Positions 50,191 through 57,146 of a stretch of 64,000 bases of DNA are shown one piece after another. Position 1 is the first letter of the stretch, and each line of letters starts with the position of its first letter. The notes under the pieces are model-generated. The model had not been told where the DNA came from. It worked only from the letters and a program-made list of their open reading frames with translations, and did no database searches. The translations under genes were made by a program, and so were the position numbers. The stretch covers positions 31,085 through 95,084 of the forward strand of contig JBAYIG010000002.1 in assembly GCA_041665725.1 (NCBI GenBank), in the 5' to 3' direction. The stretch comes from Sideroxydans sp. (GTDB taxonomy: Bacteria > Pseudomonadota > Gammaproteobacteria > Burkholderiales > Gallionellaceae).

Positions 50191-50513
50191 GCACTCCTGT
50201 ACAGAATCACTTGATTGAACAACTTTGCCAACATTGGATCAGTTAGGTCGGCACCAGAAAATATCTCCATGACACGATTGGCCACCTTAGCCACATCGAC
50301 TGCCACTTGTTCTGGCACTCGCGAATCAGGTTCAACGATAAAGATGTATTCGGCTTGATATGTGCTGAGTTGTCGGATGTCTAGCTCAGTCAGAATAGCG
50401 CCCTCTTTTAAAGATAAGCGTAGGATTCCGTGATTCACGACATTCACATCTGCCCCTAAGGTCATGCCGGGCTCTGCTTCAATAATGGTAATGAAACGAG
50501 TTCTGTTTCTCAT
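50187..50513 (-). CDS. Stand-alone small domain resembling the N-terminal module of HD-GYP/HDOD proteins
   Basis: 108 aa, AGGAGG SD. EAEPGMTLGADVNVVNHGILRLSLKEGAILTELDIRQL fits the L-x-PGM-x-L-x-x-DV ... G-x-x-LT-x-x-x-I-x-x-L pattern I recall from N-termini of HD-GYP proteins. Confidence 0.6.
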   Translation of the reverse strand: MRNRTRFITIIEAEPGMTLGADVNVVNHGILRLSLKEGAILTELDIRQLSTYQAEYIFIVEPDSRVPEQVAVDVAKVANRVMEIFSGADLTDPMLAKLFNQVILYRSA

Positions 50514-50530
50514 TATTCCATCCTCCTGTT

Positions 50531-51025
50531 CTAGCTCAGCGAGCTGCCATCTTGAGAGGCAGTTGATGAAGACTGAGCGTTCAAGTCTAATTTTTCGTTA
50601 ATGACGAAGGCCATCACTTCCACTTGTTCTATGATTGCGGAGGTCAGATTGCTTCTAGTTCCATCATCATATTGTTGCGTCAGCAGTAATTCGGTGAAGC
50701 CATAGATACTCGCAAGCGGAGCTCGAAGTTTTTCAGCAATCTGCTTCATGTCATATTCCTGACGTGTCACTCTTCTCCGAACATAGTGAATCGCTCGGAT
50801 GCAACCACTGGCAACATCAACCCGAAGATGATCAATCACTGGGAGATCAAGCTGAAAGATAAAGTCTGCTTCGCTCATACCGATAAAACTAGATCTCGAC
50901 ATTCCAATGCATCGCTCGAATGACGGACTCACTGAACATACATTGCCTTCTCTATCGATGGCCACTATGCCCCAAGGGGAATGATTCCACGCCATCTCCA
51001 TCGCTAACGTATCAGTCGTTTTCAC
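50531..51025 (-). CDS. PAS plus DHp (HisKA-like) stub lacking the phospho-acceptor His and the ATPase domain
   Basis: PAS-like N-terminal half (GIVAIDREGNVCSVSPSFERCIGMS), then QIAEKLRAPLASIYGFTELLLTQ. The neighbouring kinase has AAHELRTPMASIYGFSELLLNQ at this position, so His is replaced by Glu. The protein ends about 60 aa later. A GTGA overlap with the REC gene is the likely start (TTG 51037 and ATG 51001 are also possible). Confidence 0.7.
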   Translation of the reverse strand: MKTTDTLAMEMAWNHSPWGIVAIDREGNVCSVSPSFERCIGMSRSSFIGMSEADFIFQLDLPVIDHLRVDVASGCIRAIHYVRRRVTRQEYDMKQIAEKLRAPLASIYGFTELLLTQQYDDGTRSNLTSAIIEQVEVMAFVINEKLDLNAQSSSTASQDGSSLS

Positions 51026-51396
51026 GCTTCTCTCCAAAGTAATGCATCATGCAAATGCTTTTCAAGTGCCGCCGGGCTAAAGGGTTTAACGAAATATGCG
51101 TCCGCTCCAAGCGCTCTTCCTTGTTCCTGATCTGATACCTGACCACAAGCAGTCACTAGAATCACATAGATACCTGACAGCCGGTCGCTTTGCTTGATGT
51201 GTTCACATAGCTGGAATCCAGACATACTCCCGGACATCATCACATCCAATATGATGGCGTCCGGAAGCGAGTTATTAATAGATTTCAATGCGGAATTCGC
51301 ATCCTTAGCCTCTGAGACTTCAAATCGATCTCTCAATGCCAAACGCACCACCGTGCGGATATTCTCTTGATCATCTACAACAAGGACTTTCTTCAT
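51022..51396 (-). CDS. Single-domain response regulator (CheY-like), copy 1
   Basis: MKKVLVVDDQ..., LDVMMSGSMSG (acceptor Asp), VTACGQ, YFVKPFSP. Confidence 0.9.
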   Translation of the reverse strand: MKKVLVVDDQENIRTVVRLALRDRFEVSEAKDANSALKSINNSLPDAIILDVMMSGSMSGFQLCEHIKQSDRLSGIYVILVTACGQVSDQEQGRALGADAYFVKPFSPAALEKHLHDALLWREA

Positions 51397-51706
51397 TTGC
51401 GTATCTTTACAATTAAGGTTGAGCGACTACTGGAAATCCATCTTTGAATTGAGCGGCGACTTCATAGAACTTGTGTTGAAATGAGACTTGCTCCTCATCG
51501 TGGTTGAATCACCACCACCTTTCACCACGAGCTCTCCTAGTGTCGTTCCATAGAGTGCCGTCTGTGCTCGATTCCACAACAAGAACTTACCGTTCCAATC
51601 CTTACATCAGGATGACGCTCTAATTTTCATCAATCACGGTTCTTAAAAGGGCGCTCCCTCTTGTCAATTCCACTTTGATATCGACGTTTTGATTGCTCAT
51701 TCTTTC

Positions 51707-53758
51707 TCAAATTTGTTCAGCCAATAACGAGGCTGTTCCCGAAACAAGCAAACTATCGTTAGCAACTGCCGTATCAATGGGTATCCAGATTGTCACCGCT
51801 GTTCCTTTACCTATTTCACTTTCAATCCCTATGCTGCCGCCATGAAGTTCGACGATCTCCTTCACGATGCACATTCCCAAACCTGTCCCGCTAATCTTTC
51901 CTGAGGTGTCGGCACGATAGAACCGATCAAAGACATGAGACAGTTGCTCAGAAGTCATGCCGATTCCCGCATCAACGATTTTGACCCCCACCATCTCACT
52001 TGCTTGAGTACTTTGTGATTGAACCAGTTCAATGGTTACCTCACCGCCCATAGGAGAATATTTGTATGCGTTTGAGACGATATTGTTCAATACCTGAATG
52101 AGCTTGCTCCTGTCCGCTCGTGCCAAGACAGGTTGATTACCCTGCAGTAATTTTGGAGGTGTACGCCCATCTGGGGGCACATAACCTCTCATGACATCCC
52201 GAATCAGATCGATGATATTGATTGATGTGATCTCGAAGTCTTGGCCTCTTTTTGATTCGATGCGTGCAAGATCCAAGAGCTCATTGATGATTGAAATCAT
52301 CAGAACCGACTGTTTATATATCGTTTCAACCAGCTCCTGCTGCTCTTCCGCACTGAATGATTGGTTCAGTAAAAGTTCAGAGAATCCATAGATGGAGGCC
52401 ATCGGAGTTCGCAATTCATGTGCTGCTGTAGACAGGAACTCGCTCTTCATGCGATCCACTTCATTTTCATGTGTGATATCGCGAAAGTACAAAAGGACTG
52501 AAATCGTCTCTGAATCTGACTCACGAATCCCGACTTCTACTACTTTCCTTGAGGTGAGAATTTCGAACTTTTGGCACGGATTCTTTGGTTTGTTTTCTTC
52601 TACATTTTGCATCGCTCTAAGAGCTGCGATACCACAGAATCTGGATTGGGGGGTACACAGGCCGGATATTAGTTGTGTGAATTCTGATTCACCAAGACCG
52701 ATGACCGAATGAGCATCCAATCCTGTGATAATTTCAAATGTAGGATTCACGTATTTAACATAACCGTCCTTGCAAAAGGAAACGACAGCGTCCGGGCTCA
52801 GCGAACAGATGGCCCTCAATTGTTCTGTTTTGTGCATTTCAGACAAGTCTGAAAATACGCCGATATAACTCAACACACTCCCAGTCTCATCCTTCACTGA
52901 AGTAACACAAAGCCACTGCGGGTAGTCTCTACCCGTTTTGGTTTTGTTGTGGATCATGCCTACCCAAGTGCCCGTGTCTTCCAATGACTTCCAAAAGTTG
53001 TGGTAGAAGTCAATGGATTGCATGCCTGATTGCAGGAATCGTGGATTGCGTCCTATTGCTTCTTCTGCACTGTAACCTGTGATATTTGTAAAGGCGGGGT
53101 TGACCGCCCTAATCTCTCCATCAACATCTGTGATCATCACCCCCTCACTCACATTATTGAGTACTTCTGATGAGATCCGACTTTCAAATTCCCTTTCTCG
53201 GAGATGCGTGATGTCTTGGATGAGCCAATAGAAGGTCAAATCCTTGGTATCTCCAACACGGATGACCTGCCCAGAAGCAATCATCATCCCCGCCTTGCTA
53301 CGCTGGCTCACAAAATGAAGTTCGCACGCAGGCTCTATGGCCCCGTCCGCCATATTCATTCTCGCGACCTCCAGCATCTGCAAGAGTTTCCCGCGATGAG
53401 ATTGCAGGACAAAATCGACCAGCCTTCCGCCAACTAGCCGGTCAATTTTGTCAATTGCCTCTGATGATGAACTGACCTGTAGGATGCCCCCATCCCGGTC
53501 CGTCAAGATGTGGATATCTCTGGATATTCGCATCAAAGAATTTAGTTCTTCTCTGCTTTGCAAGAGCTGCTCACTAGACGCTAGCAATTCCTGATAATTC
53601 GTGGTCAGCTTTTCATTACGCTCGATCATTTGTTGCAAATCTTCTGCATACCTAAAAAGTTGATTGTGTAGCTCGACGCCACGATCCCCCCCTGGTATTC
53701 GCAATGACTGTCCATTCGCTAAGATAGGCTTCATACCTTTGTCTGCGAAATAATTCAT
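51707..53758 (-). CDS. Cytoplasmic multi-PAS sensor histidine kinase
   Basis: 683 aa with no TM segment. Coiled-coil N-terminus, about three PAS domains (e.g. GVMITDVDGEIRAVNPAFTNITGYSAEEAIGRNPRFLQSG), H-box TAAHELRTPMASIYGF, N-box NNIVSNAYKYS, G-boxes DAGIGM and GTGLGM. Confidence 0.92.
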   Translation of the reverse strand: MNYFADKGMKPILANGQSLRIPGGDRGVELHNQLFRYAEDLQQMIERNEKLTTNYQELLASSEQLLQSREELNSLMRISRDIHILTDRDGGILQVSSSSEAIDKIDRLVGGRLVDFVLQSHRGKLLQMLEVARMNMADGAIEPACELHFVSQRSKAGMMIASGQVIRVGDTKDLTFYWLIQDITHLREREFESRISSEVLNNVSEGVMITDVDGEIRAVNPAFTNITGYSAEEAIGRNPRFLQSGMQSIDFYHNFWKSLEDTGTWVGMIHNKTKTGRDYPQWLCVTSVKDETGSVLSYIGVFSDLSEMHKTEQLRAICSLSPDAVVSFCKDGYVKYVNPTFEIITGLDAHSVIGLGESEFTQLISGLCTPQSRFCGIAALRAMQNVEENKPKNPCQKFEILTSRKVVEVGIRESDSETISVLLYFRDITHENEVDRMKSEFLSTAAHELRTPMASIYGFSELLLNQSFSAEEQQELVETIYKQSVLMISIINELLDLARIESKRGQDFEITSINIIDLIRDVMRGYVPPDGRTPPKLLQGNQPVLARADRSKLIQVLNNIVSNAYKYSPMGGEVTIELVQSQSTQASEMVGVKIVDAGIGMTSEQLSHVFDRFYRADTSGKISGTGLGMCIVKEIVELHGGSIGIESEIGKGTAVTIWIPIDTAVANDSLLVSGTASLLAEQI

Positions 53759-53765
53759 ATGGACC

Positions 53766-54131
53766 TCACTCAGCCAATGTTTCTTTAATCGCTGTTACAA
53801 GTTGAAGTGGGCTGAACGGCTTGATGAAATACTCCTCGGCCCCTCGATTCAAGCCATTCTCATAGTCGCTCACCTGCCCTCTTGCAGTAACCATAATTAC
53901 GTGGATATGCTTTAGCTCAGCATCGCTCATGATGCTATCCAAGACTTTGAGCCCATCCATATTCCCTGGCATCATGACGTCTAGGACTACCAGATCCGGC
54001 TTCTCGCTCCGAATTATTTTCAGACTGGTTTCTCCATCCTCGGCTTCCAACACTTCGAATCCATTACCCAAGGTGATACGTATCAGCCTGCGAATATCTG
54101 AATGATCATCAACGATTAACACCTTCTTCAT
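53766..54131 (-). CDS. Single-domain response regulator (CheY-like), copy 2
   Basis: MKKVLIVDDH..., LDVMMPGNMDG, VTARGQ, YFIKPFSP. ATGA overlap with the upstream HTH-REC gene. Confidence 0.9.
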   Translation of the reverse strand: MKKVLIVDDHSDIRRLIRITLGNGFEVLEAEDGETSLKIIRSEKPDLVVLDVMMPGNMDGLKVLDSIMSDAELKHIHVIMVTARGQVSDYENGLNRGAEEYFIKPFSPLQLVTAIKETLAE

Positions 54132-54793
54132 ACAACCTCCCGAGAGCGCAACTTCCTACGATTTTCAACCAGCCCATCCGCAATCATTCGCAACTGATCA
54201 AATTGAACAGGCTTGTGGAATAAAGGGATACCCCAAGGTATGCCTCCGCGCCTTGCAATCTCCTCCGCATCAAGACCGCTTACGACAACAATGCTGATCT
54301 CAGCCAACTCAGGCATTCGCCTGATCGTGTAGAGCATACGAAACCCATCCATGCCGGGCAGATTCAAGTCAGCCACCAACATATCCGGCTTAATGCTTCC
54401 GATTCGAATAAGTGCTTCGTATCCATCAGTAGCAGTCGCAACATTGATTGGTGGTTGCCATTCGCTAAACTTGATCTCATAGAGTCGACATAACGCAGAG
54501 TCATCCTCCACAACGAGAATATCTAATGGCTCGATTTGAACGTCCGCCCTATGACTATCCTTGATGCGATGAATCTGAGGTACAACCGAGGAATCAGCGA
54601 CAAGCGATTTTGCAAGCAATTGATCCACCGATCCCCTATCGATCCTTCTATGCCCACCTTTTGTCTTCCATGCATATAACAGTCCGCTATCAACCCATAA
54701 CTGCGCGGTTCTAAGCGATACTGAAAGTGCTTTTGCTGCTTCTCTAGTGGTACAAAATGTCTTACGAGCTTGTTGGTTATGTTTCAGTTTCAC
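54128..54793 (-). CDS. Response regulator with N-terminal excisionase/MerR-type HTH (HTH_17) and C-terminal REC
   Basis: TTREAAKALSVSLRTAQLWVDSGLLYAWKTKGGHRRIDRGSVDQLL (HTH_17 pattern), then ILVVEDDSALCRL...VADLNLPGMDG. No ATG near the 5' end, so GTG 54793 behind GGAAGGGGGAGGA is preferred over TTG 54808. Confidence 0.8.
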   Translation of the reverse strand: MKLKHNQQARKTFCTTREAAKALSVSLRTAQLWVDSGLLYAWKTKGGHRRIDRGSVDQLLAKSLVADSSVVPQIHRIKDSHRADVQIEPLDILVVEDDSALCRLYEIKFSEWQPPINVATATDGYEALIRIGSIKPDMLVADLNLPGMDGFRMLYTIRRMPELAEISIVVVSGLDAEEIARRGGIPWGIPLFHKPVQFDQLRMIADGLVENRRKLRSREVV

Positions 54794-54905
54794 TCCTCCC
54801 CCTTCCAAAAGAGAAACCTAATTTATTACAAAGAATATCATTTATTATCTTTTTGTGTCATTTAATTCTTTTTTAAATCAGTTTTATAGGGATTATTAGA
54901 CTGGA

Positions 54906-54932
54906 TATGAGATATCAGATTGATATCTCATA
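54906..54932. promoter_or_regulatory. Perfect 12-bp inverted repeat upstream of the signalling operon
   Basis: tatgagatatca (54906-54917), gat, tgatatctcata (54921-54932). About 110 nt upstream of the HTH-REC start, in very AT-rich DNA. Confidence 0.4.
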
Positions 54933-54994
54933 GATCGTGTTTCATTTTTTGCTCTGTCTTGGGTTGCACTTCCCAATTTGTCGGATGACGTCGA

Positions 54995-55210
54995 GATGGA
55001 TATGTATGAAGTTGCCGAAGGAGGAAACATAGGAACGTTAGCGCAACACCAAAGATGGTGTCGATGTAAATGAAGTGAGTCGTGATGGCGATACAGCCCT
55101 TCACTATGCAAGCAAGACAAGCGAGGTGAGCCTGTCAAGCATCAAGTACTCATTGAGGTGGAGGCAGGTGTTAATCCCATCGGCAGAAAAGGCAACTCTC
55201 AAATGCCATG
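54995..55210 (+). pseudogene. Ankyrin-repeat gene fragment with frameshifts
   Basis: Plus-strand frames read ...EVAEGGNIGTLAQHQ / DGVDVNEVSRDGDTALHYASK (GDTALHYA at 55087-55110) / GEPVKHQVLIEVEAGVNPIGRKGNS. These are ankyrin consensus pieces (G-TALH-A, GA-VN) spread over three frames, with stops and no start. Confidence 0.45.
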
Positions 55211-55370
55211 AAATGCTTCTCTCCGAGTTGCTTTGACTGATGCAATGTGAACGCTCAGCAAAGCTGAAATAAAATCAGAATGGTTGTATTACCTACAGGC
55301 ATGCCCTTGACGTATGTAGGTACCACCAGCAGTTCAGGCCAAGCGGATGTCGTTCAAATTGTTTGCGTAG

Positions 55371-55988
55371 CTACGTTTTATTGTTCAGTTCTTGGAGTGA
55401 ATCTTTTACAACTTGTACAGATGAGCGCAGGAAGAGTACGGCGAGTGCCAAGCCCACCAAGATGTCCGGCCATCCTGAATGAGTGAGCCATACACCGAAA
55501 GCAGCGAACAACACTGAGACGTTCGCAACAATGTCATTGCGCGAACACAGCCAGACAGAACTCATGTTGATGTCATCCGCGCGGTGTCGCCATAGCAAGT
55601 AAATACACAAGCTGTTCGCGGCCAGTGCCATCAGGCCGATCAATCCGATAGTCTCGAACACTGGGATTTGTGGATAGACGATGCGGTAGATCGCTTGGCA
55701 CAGTACGAAGAACCCGAATCCCGCCATGATGATTCCCTTGAGCAGCGCAGCCTTGGCTTTCATGGTGACGCCGCGCGCTACGACATACAGACTGAAGCCG
55801 TACACCAACGCATCGCCAAGCATGTCCAGCGAATCCGCTACCAGTGAGACCGAGTTTCCGAGCAGCCCCGCCGTGAGTTCGACGATGAACATGACCGCAT
55901 TGATCGCCAGCACGATCTTGAGCGTTGCGCTTTGACGACTGCGCAGCGCGTCAATCTCACAGGCTTTGTCGTTGCAACAATCGGACAT
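55371..55988 (-). CDS. Cation diffusion facilitator (CzcD/ZitB-like) metal exporter
   Basis: Cys-rich N-terminus MSDCCNDKACE, TM2 motif SLVADSLDMLGDA. About 205 aa with six TM segments and no long C-terminal domain. ATG 55988 with SD GGAGGA. The 44-codon extension in the track would overlap the desulfurase gene and is rejected. Confidence 0.8.
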   Translation of the reverse strand: MSDCCNDKACEIDALRSRQSATLKIVLAINAVMFIVELTAGLLGNSVSLVADSLDMLGDALVYGFSLYVVARGVTMKAKAALLKGIIMAGFGFFVLCQAIYRIVYPQIPVFETIGLIGLMALAANSLCIYLLWRHRADDINMSSVWLCSRNDIVANVSVLFAAFGVWLTHSGWPDILVGLALAVLFLRSSVQVVKDSLQELNNKT

Positions 55989-55999
55989 AAAGTCCTCCG

Positions 56000-57139
56000 C
56001 TAGTGACGCAAAATTTTGACACTCTTTGATATCTCCGCCGCGGCGACTTCGATCTCTTCCTGTGTCGTCATAATTCCCACCGAAAATCTGACAGCTCCGC
56101 GCGCACGCCCCGCATCGCATCCCATCGCCGCCAAGACGCCACTCACTGAGTCTGCCTCGGAATGGCAGGCCGATCCCACTGAGGCAACAACTTGGTCGGC
56201 GACGCGGGACAGCAGTTCGCGCCCTGAGATGTCCGGAAAGGAGATGTGCAAGGTGTTGGGTAGGCGCTCGACCGGATGGCCGTTGAGCACTAGACCGGGA
56301 ACGGTTGCGGTGAGTCGTTCATGCAGAGTGTCCCGTAGCTTCTGCAATTTCTGCGTCGTGGCGGGAAGCTGTTTTCGTGCAAGTTTTGCAGCTTCACCCA
56401 GGCCTACGATCAGCGGAACGTTCTCGGTGCCCGGCCGCAAACCATGCTCCTGATCAGCTCCATACAGAATCGGTTTGATCGGTGTTCCTGATCTGACATA
56501 CAGCGCGCCCACGCCTTTGGTGGCATAGAACTTGTGGCCTGCCAAGGTCAGCAGATCAACATCCAGCGCATCGACATCGATCTCGATCTTGCCAGCCGAC
56601 TGCGCTGCATCGGTGTGAAACAGTACACCCATCGGCTTGATGAGGCGCGCAATCTCGGTGATGGGTTGAAGCGTTCCGACTTCGTTGTTGGCGTGCATGA
56701 TCGACACCAGCGCCGTATCGGGTCGCACAGCTGCGGCAACAGCATGGGGATCGACGCGGCCGTAGCTATCCACCGGTACCACGGTCAAATCCCAACCCGT
56801 CTCGCGCAGGTACAACGCCGGTTGCATGACTGCCGGGTGTTCAATCGCGCTAATGACAAGATGCCGCTTGGTGAGACCTAGCGCCCTTGCCACGCCGAGA
56901 AGGGCAAGATTGTTGGCCTCGGTCGCGCTTCCGGTGAAAACGATCTCGTCTGACTTGGCATGGATAAGCGCAGCGACCAATGCCCGTGCTTCGACGACGG
57001 CCTGTCGTGCAGACAAACCATACACATGTGACGATGAAGGATTGCCGAAGTACACGTCCAGAAACGGCTGGATCGCATCGGCCACATCCAGTGCGACGGG
57101 TGTGGTGGCGTTGTAATCGAGATAGATTGGCTTGTTCAT
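56000..57139 (-). CDS. Class V aminotransferase: cysteine desulfurase (NifS/IscS-like) or C-S lyase
   Basis: MNKPIYLDYNATTPV, SGATEANNLA, HANNEVGT, LAGHKFYATKGVGALYV (PLP Lys), and a C-terminal SVGSACHS loop carrying the catalytic-Cys-like residue. Confidence 0.85.
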   Translation of the reverse strand: MNKPIYLDYNATTPVALDVADAIQPFLDVYFGNPSSSHVYGLSARQAVVEARALVAALIHAKSDEIVFTGSATEANNLALLGVARALGLTKRHLVISAIEHPAVMQPALYLRETGWDLTVVPVDSYGRVDPHAVAAAVRPDTALVSIMHANNEVGTLQPITEIARLIKPMGVLFHTDAAQSAGKIEIDVDALDVDLLTLAGHKFYATKGVGALYVRSGTPIKPILYGADQEHGLRPGTENVPLIVGLGEAAKLARKQLPATTQKLQKLRDTLHERLTATVPGLVLNGHPVERLPNTLHISFPDISGRELLSRVADQVVASVGSACHSEADSVSGVLAAMGCDAGRARGAVRFSVGIMTTQEEIEVAAAEISKSVKILRH

Positions 57140-57146
57140 TTCAGCG

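Noticed and set aside
54896-55138. 80-aa minus-strand ORF in the AT-rich spacer.
   Set aside because: It has no SD, odd composition and no motif. The opposite strand of the same DNA carries recognisable ankyrin-repeat fragments, so the region is better explained as gene debris.
48549-55370. Labelling the low-GC signalling island as a mobile element or prophage.
   Set aside because: No integrase, transposase, tRNA attachment site or flanking direct repeats were found by reading the sequence. Only composition and the ankyrin pseudogene hint at foreign origin.
55989-56120. N-terminal extensions offered by the ORF track for the CDF gene (to 56120), MBL gene (to 61285), arsC (to 33932), nadA (to 63436), amidotransferase (to 57971), NUDIX gene (to 63884), DUF3579 copy 2 (to 19716) and cysN (to 6043).
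   Set aside because: The extensions overlap the preceding gene, lack SD sequences and add non-homologous residues. Internal ATGs with good SDs reproduce canonical family N-termini (for example MCELFG, MSEKQYNVLILCTGNSARS, MFFKQL).
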